A stretch of 64,000 bases of DNA from Lepidodermella squamata (taxonomy: Eukaryota > Animalia > Gastrotricha): NCBI GenBank assembly GCA_047495785.1, contig JBLDXI010000074.1:1550001-1614000 (forward strand), given 5' to 3'. The notes below the pieces were generated by a model. The model was not told the DNA's origin. It searched no databases and was given only the letters and a program-made list of their open reading frames with translations. Made by a program: the position numbers and the translations under genes. This document shows positions 24,873-37,475 of the stretch, piece after piece; within the stretch, counting starts at the first letter, position 1, and each line of letters opens with the position of its first letter.

Positions 24873-27800
24873 AATACTGACTTCGTACAGCCTGCTATTT
24901 CTGATTACTTATGAGTAAACTACTATCTGTATGTGTCTGTCATACGAAAACAAAGCTACATCTGCATATCATCATCTAGTATATGTGTGTGTGATCTATG
25001 ATGATGAACGTGTCGTTCAAGCATCTTTTGCTCTTTTGCTTTTAACTGTGTGCCTGCAATGGCGGCGATGGTAACCATGATGATTGGTCAATTGAAGCAG
25101 TAATAAATAGTAAATCGTAGCTCGCCTGCTTGGTTGCTTGGTTGGTGTCTGTGTTACTTTCTCGCTCATCGTCTTGTTTGTTATCATTCAATTCATTCAT
25201 TCATTCATTTCTCAGATGACGATGAGCATGTGAGTTTTTGTGTGCAATACATACATTCTTTTAACGAAACCACCACAACTACAGCTACGACAAGTAGTTC
25301 TTGACTCTACCTATCCATCTTCTTCTTCTTATGCTTGTATGCTTGTTCGACGTCCTCGGTGTAGTTTCTTTTAATTGCTTGCAAGTAAACATTTCGTATA
25401 CCAGTAGTATACCAGCATATCGATAGATAGATAGATAACACTCCTAGATAGGTGGTGGTATACTGCTGCGTGCCTAGCAGTGAATCACTTGAATTCGATG
25501 GATGGCTGCCTTCTTACCGTTGCGTCGATTCTTCTTCTTCTTCTAAGTTCGTTATTCGAACTGCATCGACGACTCGAAATCGAACTACTTGTGCCTTTGA
25601 ACAGAGTTGTTTCTCTCATTTTCGAGTGAAATGCCATCTTATTAAACGCGCGTGTGTGTCATTTTATCATCCATATGTGTACCTATGTAGAATTTGAAAC
25701 GTCGAAACACGAGGCTGGTTGTTTAATTAGTTGATTTTTCTACTCACTTTAAACTATTCATGAATTGAAGTGCAGTCAGCTTGCCATAACTACTTGTACT
25801 TGTTTCTTCTTCTTCTTCACGTTTGCATTGCATTGCATTATTGGTTCTCTCATGTGTGTGTAAGTGTGTTGGCTGCCTCGGATTTTCGCTTCGTCAAGCT
25901 GGTGGCGTGAATCACAAGTAGTTGATCTGAATGTGCCTACCAACCAACCTACCTACCTGGCTACCTATCTAGCTGCAATCATCTCAAGTGCGTACTCATA
26001 GCCTCATGAAATATCATCGAATTTGATCTTCGATCTGACTGCATCGTCATCTTCATAATATACCTATGTAGGCATATCAGTAGGTTTTTTCTTACGACTT
26101 GCAAGTGCAAAACTCCCTCTCGGCTGCTCGTCTCTTGTCCTCTCATTTAAGAATATTGTAAGTTTATATACTTTACTTTACACAATATATGACAAAAGTG
26201 TTGTGGCAATTTGTTTGTCGTCGTGTTTTTTTTGTCTTCATTGACGTTGTCACCAGTGTGTTTGCGTTGTGCTACGGTTGAATTACCTGTAAAAAGAGAT
26301 GATGATTTGTTGTTATTGGACTAGTCAGTCTCACGATTGGTTAACTTTGAAATAACTTGTTCAATTTCGATTGACTTTGCTTCTTCTTCTTCTTCTTCTT
26401 CTTCTATGATTTTATTTTCTGAAACCTTTTTTACTACCAATATATTAATATAATGCGAATTATACGCCAATGTGTACTAAAGCTATCAGCTCCACCGCCC
26501 CGACACTTACTTACAAAACTAAATACGGCCTCGATCCTCGATGATGATAGCTAGCAGTTGCTGTGTCTAATAACGGCTGATTCTGATGCTGATGCTTGAG
26601 CACATGAGCGTATAAATAAATGAATGTCTTGTATTTATCTACACCATGATGATAAATATAATAATAATAATATCAAACTTGAACTTTGTTATGCATTACC
26701 TGAAACGTGGCTTTAACAAACGGCTCTGATGTTCAGTAGTAAGTCACACCCTGTGATTGATTATTCCTCTGTTTTTTTCTGTTCATCTCTAATAGCATCG
26801 CCATTGACATTTTTCCGCGCAGAGCAGTCAGTAGCAGCGCTAGAGCAACAAAGCAACTGCTTCATGCGCCATGTGCTACTCACCACCAATTCTCTCTCTC
26901 CATCTCTGTCTCTCTCGTCATGTTCGAAATCCAAAGTCTTGAGCCAGACCAGCTCGTAACTTGGTCGATTACCCGTTACTTACCACTTGAAGAATGCAAT
27001 TCATACTTATACAGAAATGAAAATGTTTGTTTGCTGCTTTTGATCGCTTTTGAACTTCGCTGGGAATCCCATCCGATAGATTCGACCGACGTAAAGCTTG
27101 TGCGTTGCCTCCCAACTACTTGTAACCCTCCCAGCTGTTTGTATCTCAAATTATTATTAATTGGAAAATTGTTATATTCTACGGCGGATGATATCAAAAG
27201 CGAAACTAGTATGGTTTAAACAACAAGTTGCGCGCATGAAATTATGCTAAAACTACTATTGTGAATATCAACCCGTGTCTTGTTGTTGTGTACCAACTTC
27301 ATGATGTGTAAACTATAATATTGCTATATCATCATCATTATACGATACGATACACGGTATATACGGTATGATGATGACAAAGGTGACAACGTGGAACTGC
27401 GAAACAGTGAAACAAAATTATAATAATAATAAAAAAGCCAATGAGACTGAATCCACTCTTGTTTTGCGATTCGAAAGCTTTCAGGATTAACACGGGAGTT
27501 TTAGCTGTAGTGATTTACGAACTTGACCATCAAATTGCCATGCTTCTGCTCCTTCATTATCTAGCTGTTCAACGCTAGTACGAAGAAAGGATTTTAGGGC
27601 ATTACAAGCCTTCTAAGCTATTATTTCGTCGGTATTGCGAGATTCCATCGCCATTTTGTTTCTCGATTTTGAGTTGACATTTTTAGACACGGTTTTTTCA
27701 TTGAAAATTATAGCGGTTTTAAAACTTTTTAAAGATCGCCAATCCTTTTGCATGTGTTCTATACCTATCTGAGCACGAAATTGGAGCAGCTGCTGTTTTT

Positions 27801-28508
27801 ATGGAGATTGCGAAAATTTTTGAAACTAGCATGCTATCTATGCGTCACTTGCCAACTTGAAATTTTCCTCCACCTTGAAGAAGACGTGGATTTTCTAGTA
27901 AATTCGATCGAAAAACCAGCATCCTAGTAGGATGTTTAAGAGCTTTGACTTTCAGGGGATACAGAAATATAGCTCATCAATTCAATTCAGCTGTCGAATA
28001 ATTCAAGTACAGGATCAATCACCACCATCAGTTGAGATGATATTGTTGTAATGACTTGACAAGAAAAAAACCTGTGTCGTAAATGGCTGTTTGCGACCTG
28101 GCCAATCGCATCACTTTATTAGTTGCGACTTTGAAAACATTTCGGTTTTTCATTCGAAGCAAGAAGTATTTGCTGCTGAATCAACCAGCATCATCACCAC
28201 ACACGTATTGGAGGCAGAGAAGCAAGCGTCTCTGCCTGTCGATGCTGTTGATACAGATAGGTACATTTGTCGTAGGATCGCACGTGACATACACTAACTA
28301 AAGGCGTTGTTTAGTTGCAGAAGTATATAGCAGTAGTAAAAAGAACACTGAGTAGCGAAAACACAACAACTAGACAATGACGACGAAGACATTGTTCAAA
28401 TGAAACAGTTTCACAGGTGGATGGATGCGCGCGCGTGTTTTTCACAGGATGAGACTGACTGACTGACTGATCGTTCGTTCGATCGATCGATGAAGCAAGA
28501 GGAACCGG

Positions 28509-30695
28509 CTACAATTCTTCGCAGGCGAGTTCGCGCTCGTGCACCTGCGGCTGCTCGCTTTCGTTGTTGTTGTCGATGCCGAGTGGTGGCGAAGCAGCAG
28601 TTGCAGACGAAGAAGGGAGACCACCAGAAGTTGAAGGTGCGGCGGCTGCTGGGTTGTCGAAGACGCCGAGTGCAGGCACGCCCGACGCTGACGAAGACGA
28701 GATCACGTGATGCTGCCGGCTCGAAACAGCAGCAGCAGCGGAGGACGAGGCGGAGGCGGCGGCTAAGCTGTTGGCGAGGAGGACAGCGATGCCGGCAGGA
28801 GAAGCTGCTGCTGCCGATGGAGGAGACGCCGAAGAACCACCAGCGTACGTTGTCGTCGTCGTCAACCGCTTGTCTTTTTGCTGCAATAATCAATCAAAAG
28901 TCAGAAGTAAGGGAAAGCAGTAAAGCAAAGCAAAGCAAGGACTCACGCGTCTGTTGCAGAACCACACGCGGATGACTTCGCGCTCCATGGCGAGGTCGTT
29001 GGCGAGGCAGGCGATGTCGTCGCCGCTGGGCTTGGGCTGCCGCCGGAAGTAGTCCTCGAGCGCGTGCTTCGTCAGCTGGTCGATCGACGTGCGCTTCTTG
29101 CGCTTCCGCAGCGCCCACGTGTCCGCCAGCGAGAACCCACTAGCACCACCGTTTGTACTGCCAATCACCGTGTTGTTGTTGTTGTTGTTGTTCGCCGAGG
29201 AGGAGGACGAGCAGGCGAGAAGACCGCCGCCACCCGTGTTGTTCATCATGTGCAGCATGTCGGTGCCACTCGTACCAGTGGTGGTGGTGGTTGCAATGGC
29301 ACGGGTGAGCACGGCATCGCCAGCCGCCACCTCGGCATCCTCCATCCCATCGTCGTCGTCATCGTCGTCATCTAAATCTTCTTCCTGTTCGTCGTCCTCG
29401 TTGTGATCGTCGTCGGAAGGCGGCGACAACAGCACCTGTGCAGTCGTGGCACCCGCAGTCTTCGACAGGTCGTGCACCCGCGAGCACAAGTCCTCAGTCA
29501 CCGTCGTCGCCGTCGACGCAGCAGCAGCATTCGGTGATGATGCCGACGCATCGTTGTTGTCTACGCCGTGGTCGTCGTCGTCTTCATCGTTCGTCGGCGA
29601 GGACATGGCCGAGTGGCGGCGGCGCCGGCGAGTGCCCGTGCCGCCGACAGCCAGCAACGGCAGTCGCTGCTGCTGCACCGTCGACGAAGAGGCTGCTGCG
29701 CTCGTCGAATGCGACGGTACACCTGCTGCTGCTGCTGCTGCGGCTGGTGGTGGTTGTTGTTGTACGATGACATTGCTAGGCGACAGTAGACTCAGCGGCA
29801 GTTGTTGCTGAAGATGGCTGGCAGTGGCAATGGCGGCGGTCGAAGTCGAAGTCTGTGGCGGCGACTTGCCATTGCCATTGCTGCCGTTGGTGGCTGTCCA
29901 CTGCAGGGCCTCGTGCAGCCACCGCTCGAGCATCGGCTTCAACTTGCACATGTTCTTGTAGGACAGATTAAGCGCCTCGAACCGCGAAATGGTCGTCTGC
30001 GAAAAGTCGTTGCCGTACATCTTGCCCATGGCGGCGCCGACGTCGCCCTGCGTGCAGCCCAGCTCGATGCGCCGCCGCTTGAACTCGCGCGTGAACCGCT
30101 CCAGCTCGTCCAGCGCCACGTCCTCGTCGACGGCCGGCAGCGGCAACGCACCACCGCCTCCGCTACTCGTTGTTGTTGTCAGTGATGGCACAACAGTAGA
30201 AGCAGTAGGCTTGTCTGCTTGGGCTTTACTCGCAGCAAATGCTGACGATGTGACTGGTTTGTGGTGGTTCTGGCGAGATACACTCAACTGTTGCTGTTTC
30301 GAAGCCGACTCGTGCTCACTACTACTGACATCTAGCTGTTGCTGTTGCTGCTGCTGTTGTAGCTTGATGAGTCCGCTCGAACCGGCGGCGGCCGACTGCA
30401 GCAGCAGTTGCTGCAACTGCGCCGTCGTCAGCAACACGACCGGCTGCGAGAAGTTGATCAACTGCTGCGATGGCGACATCGAACTGCCGCCGCCGCCGCC
30501 ACCGCTCGTCGCCATCGTCAACACCACCGGCATGCTCGTCGCAGCAGACGGCGATTCACCAGCCGCTGCCTGCATGGCCGGCTTGAGCACGTGCTGCCCG
30601 CCCGTCACCTGCGCCATCAACGCCTGAATCTGCTCGACCACCGACGACGGCAACTGAGCCTGCTGAGCCTGCGCCTGCGACTGCTCCATCATCAT
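28509..30695 (-). CDS. POU2: Class II POU-domain transcription factor (Oct1/Oct2/nubbin-pdm type); exons ~30695-28947 and 28880-28509
   Basis: The POU-specific domain [58 protein letters not shown] carries class II residues ([18 protein letters not shown]). The homeodomain RKRKKRTSI...[11 protein letters not shown] is completed across a 66-nt GTGAGT..AG intron as QKDKR. Further upstream exons are possible. Confidence 0.92.
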
Positions 30696-30957
30696 GATTA
30701 CAATCCAAGCTAGCTCGAACTCTCTCTCTCTCTCACACAGACTCACACACAAGTTAATACATCATCTATGAAAAGAAAAAAACAAAACATATTAGGGAGG
30801 GAAATTACTGAACAAAGTGCCGAACACGAGGCATTTACATTCTGCCTGTTTGTCGTATATTGCAATATTCTGTTAGCTGCCGCTGCTGCTGCTGCTAATG
30901 ACAAAAATGGCATCATGCAGCTCTACGAACGACGTATGCATTATGCACAAGCAAGTA

Positions 30958-31491
30958 ATTTGCATGATGTGATCTGCGACTCGACTCTGCATCGACCGAC
31001 CGACCGACCGACCGCATGTCTGCGAAGACTAGCGAGCGAGCGAACGAGTGAATTTGCAAATGCACATACATACATACATGCTTGCATACTTGCATACATA
31101 AACATCATCAGAAGAGTAGGCTCTCATTTGCATATTACAATCACATGCGCACATCCATGAACACAGCCAGCTCGTTTTATTCTGAACTCGCTCGCTTATT
31201 ATCACCGCCTGCGAATACTTACTACCTACTAATACTACTCCTACTAATCAATTCAGCACGCTCGCCACATTTGCATCTCATTATCCTTCTCATGTATGCA
31301 TGTGCGCAGCTCATCAGCTCATTACTAAGCAAGCACCGCACGCACGTTCGCAATATGCAAATTTCATCAATACATGAAAATTTCGAAAGCGCCTACGTAT
31401 CCAAAAAACTCCTGGCTCTGCGTTATCACACGATAAATTACTATGCAGTCCACGAATATACCCAAAATCATAATAATAATAATATGCAAAT
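30958..31491. promoter_or_regulatory. Cluster of five perfect octamer motifs (ATGCAAAT/ATTTGCAT) upstream of the POU2 coding region
   Basis: ATTTGCAT at 30958, 31126 and 31269; ATGCAAAT at 31355 and 31484; a near-match ATTTGCAAAT at 31052. Confidence 0.75.
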
Positions 31492-31735
31492 GGACCGCGC
31501 ACATACAAACCACGCATACAGATATACCATAAAACCTGACTCTTTCTCTCTTTCGTTAGTGAAAGTCAGCGGATAGTAGTGAAAAATTCGCGAAAACTGA
31601 CTTGAAAGTGAGATGCAACGAAATCAAGGACCTGGACCACGAAATTTATCAGATCTTGCAATTTTCTTTCTTTCTTTCCTTCACACGCCATTTGAAGAAC
31701 ACATTGACTCCGATTCAACAGCTGAAAATATTCTA

Positions 31736-32149
31736 CCGTCAACTGGGGTGACTTTAGCTGGTGGGGCGACTTTGACATGCTAAAAAGGGGCGACGTTAGC
31801 ATAGCAAATCTCGAAGATAGCCTGCCTCATACCCCCTGTGTGGGGTACCGTCATTGATAGCCGGCATAAAGGGCAGCCCGAATATGACAGAGTTGACTCA
31901 TTTCGATCCTACCTGCTTAACTGCGGAGTCATCGAAATTTTGTTATAAACCGAATTTTCTCTGTCTTGAATCATCAGGTAAGGCAACCGATTGACGTCTA
32001 GTATAGAATGCATGCCTTTTCTAGGGCTATCTAACGGTACCCCACTCAAGGGGTATAAGCCAGGCTACCTTCGAAATTCGCTATGCTAAAGTCGCCCCAT
32101 TTTGACATGCCAAAATCGCCCCACCAGCCAAAGTCACGCCAGTTGACGG
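31736..32149. mobile_element. MITE with ~125-bp imperfect TIRs and TA TSD (Tc1/mariner-pogo type)
   Basis: TA|CCGTCAACTGGGGTGACTTTAGCTGGTGGGGCGAC... mirrors ...GCCCCACCAGCCAAAGTCACGCCAGTTGACGG|TA. The arms stay complementary to about 31860/32025. Confidence 0.9.
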
Positions 32150-33201
32150 TACCTGCCTTCTTTGATCTTTGAAAATGATGGAGGGAATTCGGATTCAGCT
32201 GTCTTCAGATCGTGATCACTGTTTGATACAGCCTCTACAGAAATGGACGAACGCTCTTTCAATCTTTCCTCTTCTGCGGATGCGAATACTACTCCCTATG
32301 AACACTGACGCTATTTTCTGAGAAAAATGAGAAATTTCGTACCAAAGGACTAGCTTATAAACACTTCAAAACACGATGAGGAATAAAAAATAAAAAATCT
32401 ATATCAGACGTGCCAAGCGATTTCGGCCATATCTCAATCCTCCATCTTCACAAGCATGTTAAAAGGCAATGCACAGTGGCGGAGATGTCAAATCTGTGGA
32501 GGGGGTGCCAAGGGTTCAGGGGCGACACTCAAGAAGTATATTTAGGGGCGCCACTTACCGAGTTTAGCAGTCTCTGTTTTTACTGCATTGTATATGAAAG
32601 GCACCCAGGAGACCCAAAAAATGGAAAAGTTGTCTTATACACTGAAAAACGTTGGAAATAACACATTATTGCATTACAATTTGTTATGGCTAAGCAACAC
32701 AGTTATATTCAGCATGAAATCTATAAATTGGAACATTTTGGCCACTGAAAATTGATGAATTTTGGGGGCGAAAACCAAAAAAACTAAAGGGGAGACCCTT
32801 TTATGCTGCTTCTATCTTTATTTCTTTCCTCTTTCCTCTTTCGTGGAGGCGGTCTGGGTTAGCGCGCAAACCCCCCGTTTAAATTAGAATTATGAATTAA
32901 ATTATATTGCATAATTTTTATTTTGCTCACGCGCGTCAAATAATATAATAATATATGTTACGAATTTTCGCCCCATTTGGCGCGGCCTTTTGAATGAAGC
33001 TGAGTGAGTGGAAAAGCCACCTGGGCACTAATGCCTGGGCCCTGGAGAAACAGTCAGCAATAACTGGAGTACCAGGGGTAGGGATTTCAATTATGTAGTT
33101 ATTAAACCAGTTCAAACTTTCCTAGAGCGTAAGCTCGCGATTTTCTCACAAGCTCCGCCTTATGGTGAAAGCTTGAGTCCGTCAGGGCGAGGAGAAATCG
33201 T

Positions 33202-33229
33202 AAATCCTGATCCTGATCCTGATCCTGAT
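33202..33229. repeat. (ATCCTG)n hexamer microsatellite
   Basis: aaatcctgatcctgatcctgatcctgat. Confidence 0.9.
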
Positions 33230-33393
33230 GGCCCTGCAACCGCGCCGCCGCAGCATCCTGAGGTGGGTGTTATTAGCGCGCGTATGTAAATTCAGCCCAC
33301 ACCAGGAATTGCTGACCTGCAACATGTACTTATCGGTGTAGTGCGCTATCTTTGGTGATTATTTATCAAGTACCAGCTGCATTATATATTCAT

Positions 33394-33570
33394 CTAGTAT
33401 ATTAGCCCTCAAACGGACATGCTCGCTCCGCTCGCATGTCCTGCGAGGGCGAAGTCTCAGACATACACCGTTCAAGTACTGACTTAGCTAACATCAAATT
33501 TTGGTTCATACATACATACTAGGTACATATATAATACATACCGTAAATGCTCGCTTCGCTCGCTTGTCCT
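33394..33570 (-). mobile_element. Probable non-autonomous Helitron-like 3' terminus (hairpin followed by CTAG)
   Basis: The stem-loop GCCCTC..GGACATGC..GCATGTCC..GAGGGC (33405-33450) lies 7 nt from CTAG (33394-33397) on the minus strand. A GCTCGCT(T/C)CGCTCGC motif occurs at 33421 and 33549. Confidence 0.4.
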
Positions 33571-33613
33571 GCTTTGCTTGTGTTATACTTAGTTGTATAA
33601 TGTATAATTGCCC

Positions 33614-34583
33614 CTTGCACTTCGCTATTTAAGTTTCAAGCTCAGCTTAAAGTCGCCTCCTCAAGTTCCGTTGGTAGAAGTGCGCCCTCAGAGGGCCTCG
33701 CTCTCAGATGGCTGAGAGGGCACCCCACCCCCCAACCTAACCCTAACTCTAAACCCTGACCCTAAAACTAACCCTAAACCTAACCTGAACCTTAATCTTG
33801 ACCGTCTGATCCATCTGAGCGATCCATCTGAGAGCGCACTTCTACCAACGATATTGGAAACGGCTTAAAATTAGCTCAGCGTATTTACACCTTAGCCTAG
33901 CGTACAAACTCAACTTGTTATAGCTGAAGCCAGCTACCTTATCAATCTCATCTTACTATCGACCAGGATAAGCTGAGCTGAGAAATTGAGCGTAGTAGAA
34001 TATTGAGTACCGGAATACTGTATACGCGATAATTTTCGTGAGTAGATTATTTTCGCGAAGGCCTTAAGATGAGCGGTAGACACTATTTGCGAGTGGAAAT
34101 TTTCGCGATCAAGCCTTCTGTGAACGGAAAATCGGGATATTCGGAAAATCATTCAAGAGATGTCGTTAGCGACGCGCCAAAACAACCACTTAACTATTTA
34201 TAGCTTTTTTTTTTATGGAAAGTACGTTCGACTCTTGAACGTAAATTCAAATTACGATGAGTACGATCAGTGCTCAAAAAGCCGAACGTACTCCTTCTTT
34301 ACGTTCGGCTCGTCAAAGTACTATCGAATGAGTCATCGAAGTGGTTGTTTTGGCGCATCGCTAACGATGTACTTATTTGCTGATGTTGAACACGCTGAGC
34401 TGGTTTGTCTTTGTCTATCGTCTTCAGTTCAGCTAGTCAGCTGAGCTTATTAATGACACTATGAAGTTAAGCTGACAAGCTGAGCTGAGCAGGTTATCTA
34501 ATCAGTTGAGCTTAGCTGAGCTTGTTCATGGTTTAGCTGAGCTGACTTCAGATGAGCTTATTATTTAAATAACGAAGTGCAAG
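33614..34583. mobile_element. MITE-like element with 19-bp TIRs and subterminal (AGCTGAGC/GCTCAGCT) repeats
   Basis: CTTGCACTTCGCTATTTAA (33614) and TTAAATAACGAAGTGCAAG (to 34583) are inverted with one mismatch. The TSD is unclear. Confidence 0.65.
33669..33850. mobile_element. Small nested inverted-repeat element enclosing degenerate telomere-like (CCCTAA/CCTAA)n repeats
   Basis: Perfect 17-bp inverted repeat CGTTGGTAGAAGTGCGC / GCGCACTTCTACCAACG. The core 33733-33795 reads caacctaaccctaactctaaaccctgaccctaaaactaaccctaaacctaacc. Confidence 0.75.
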
Positions 34584-34759
34584 ACTGAGGTTTCTTAATT
34601 TGTGTTACTGATTATCTCACATGCCTACCGCCCGTCCATCGGCGGTAGGTGAAGTATCTTTACGCCAACAGCGGGGGCGTCGACCGACTTTCGACTCATC
34701 GTCCGCACCTTCAACGTTCGCGGCTGCGCATCAGCTTTCAAGAAGGCATGTATCCTCAG

Positions 34760-35263
34760 AGACGCTTCAAGATCGTCTTGATGCCCATCATCGGAAGCAG
34801 CTGAGACTAATGGGCATTCGCTACCCCGAAGTCATCAGCAATGAATGCTTGTACGCGAAGACCAACACGAAGAAGCTGTCAACAGTTATCCGAATGATGA
34901 GGTGGAGGTATTTTGGTCATGCGCTACGCAAGCCTTGGCATGCCCCCGTGCAACGAGCAATGAGTAAATATGTAAAGCCAGGTCTGAAGAAACACCTCGG
35001 CAGAGCGCGCGTCACGCTGCCGAAAATGCTGGCAAAAGAACTGAAGAAAATGAAGGAACTGTCTGACGGCTGGAACAACGATCACACATATAGCAGATGC
35101 CTATCGAATTGCCTATCGAAATCAATAGCGAGAACGACGTTACACGTTTGAAGGAAGCTGCAGCAGATCGCGTGCATTGGAGGGCGGTGGTGGAACTCGC
35201 GGCCTCTTCTGCCATGCAGTGAAATGTTGAATAACATGAACACTAATAATACTACTACTACTA
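34760..35263 (+). mobile_element. 5'-truncated RTE-like LINE 3' end with (TAC)n tail
   Basis: LDAHHRKQLR..GIRYPEVISNECLY...RWRYFGHALR...GRARVTL is followed by a frameshifted AADRVHWRAVV and the tail taataatactactactactag. Confidence 0.75.
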
Positions 35264-37475
35264 GTGCAAGACGGCAGAGTGCGGGCAAAGGACGGAAGAG
35301 AGGATCAGCCTAGAAGACCGATCCTGGTCAAACTAAAATCATCAGCTTGCACTAATAAAATCGACAAAACTACCAAAAATGCTCAAGACTATGATTTTTC
35401 ATCCGCCACTCGTTTCTTTCCTGCGCTAAAAAATAATCTCACAAGTCCCATATGTTTCTTAACACAACGAACACAAACGATTTTTCGGTAGTTACGCTCG
35501 AAAATGCTATTGTGCTGCATTGGTGAAAATTACATGTTATTTTTACCAATAATACGAGCGAAGCGAGGAAATTTAGAGGATTTTTCACTAGAAAAAGCTC
35601 CGAAACCTCCTAAAAATGCCGGGGGAACCCCGTACTGTCGCCGTTCGTGTAGTGGAAATCTTTGTTTCTTTGTTTGTTGGTTTGTATGCACCCATGTGCA
35701 ATGTTAATGGATTCCCCCGGCGCTACTGTAGCAGCTACGCAGCTGCTGTTGCCAATGAGGTTACAGGAGTCTTTTCCAGGCGTTACTTCGATTTTGGTTG
35801 TTACATTTGGTCCGATTGGTTGTTACATTGTAACATTTGTAACATGCTTAAAAAACACTGCCTTAGTTCTAGGCCGTTCTCAAACCTCCGCGTGTTATGC
35901 GTGATTGTTTTTGTGAATTTATTTTGTAGCCATGTTCTAGATTTCATTAGCTATCTTACGTCAATTATCATGTTTCAAAGGATAGCGTCGTGAAACATCG
36001 TGTTACTACCGTCAGACAGTTTTAACAAGTATATGCAAGATGGAGAGGCAGCTTCGAAGTCCAGAATCTGAAGGTTCAGCCATCACGCGTATCAACTTGG
36101 GTAAGTCCTCTCCTATTAAGATGTGTCGATTTTTATGTACAAATCGCAAGAAATGAGGTCTCATCATAACAAATCTGCGATGGTTAAATGCTAGTATTCT
36201 CTGAAAGTCATGTTTCATTAGTAATTTCAACTCGCAAGCTGACAAACGAATTTAATTGCAGTTTAATTATTTTTAGTCCTTGAAGTTGGCAGCCTCAACA
36301 CCTTGTGACGACGTCCCTCGAAAGCAGGTGAACCAGTTCCTTCGAAAAACGTAATATCGCCGTCTGGTCAACGATTGGGTTCATGATGAAGTCTTCAGCG
36401 CGTGAATTACAATCTCACGCCCCTAGCTGGCATTTTTCACTCGATTTTTTCACAGCATTGCTAGTTTTCTCGAGAAATGAATTTTAATTCGAACTATTCA
36501 TTGAATTGATGACTATTTGATGTGCGCCTTTGATTGCGTTTGCGCCACTTCAATATTTTTCTCACGATAATTATTTTATTTATTCATTACGACAATAAAG
36601 CATGAGTCGGAACGGTTCTTCTCCTGTTTTGCTTAGCTGTCTTGATAACTGCGAGACGAAGCACCGAGTATAGCCAAGTGGGAATACTACGTTATGAAAG
36701 GGATTAAAATGTTTAAACGACAAAAAAACGTCAAGACGCGCGAGTGTTTTGAAAGGGCTTCAAATGATTAAAAACAATGATTTTGCGCACGAGTTGCGTT
36801 TTTTATGGTGTCCGCGGGCTAATTATTTAAATTAAGACCAGATGACACACATAACTTGGCTTATGCTTTTCAAAGCAATCGTTAAACTTTAAATTCAGAA
36901 ATATTGAATTACGGATTTTTTGACAAGTTTGGATTCAAAATAATCGCCAGTTGACAGTTAAAATTGAGAATTTTCGGTAAATTTCAAAAAATTTCAAAAA
37001 ATCAATGGGTCTATTTCACCGCCATGGAAAATAAATGTTTTCCATTGTGATATTCCATTTTTAATTCATTTTTATTTAATTTTCGAGCGTGTCGGACCCG
37101 AAAAAATGAAGCCAGGAGCGCCACTTGTGCCGGATGTCTGTTGTTTTCGGACACGGAGATTAGCATTTTCGGTCAAAAAATATTTTTTCGGGCGTGTCGG
37201 ACCGGACCCCCGACACAGTGGAATAAAATAAAATAAAATGAAAATTGTGGACACAATGGTGAGAATTACGGACAACTGATGCATGCCACGTGGCGAAATG
37301 GACGTAAAAGGGACAGGAACGCAGACAAGAAAGTATAAATCCCCGGTTTTCGCCAAGAAAACTTTAGCTGGGAAAATTTCGTAATTGGCGTTTTGATGTC
37401 GCGGCTCAAGTTCAGCGTAAGGAGCTAATTGCTTGATTTATCAATTTCCTACTCATCGGCTACTTTATTATCAGA

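Noticed and set aside
23579-24880. Long antisense and alternate-frame ORFs over FAR (also over the Sushi and POU exons)
   Set aside because: These are expected shadows of very high GC3 codon usage and carry no recognisable domains.
27560-28300. Possible small exons of a plus-strand gene converging on POU2
   Set aside because: Some splice-like signals are present, but I could not build a consistent frame or recognise a product.
32470-33000. Possible hAT-like MITE starting CAGTGGCGGA with GGGGCG subterminal motifs
   Set aside because: No matching right TIR or 8-bp TSD could be identified.
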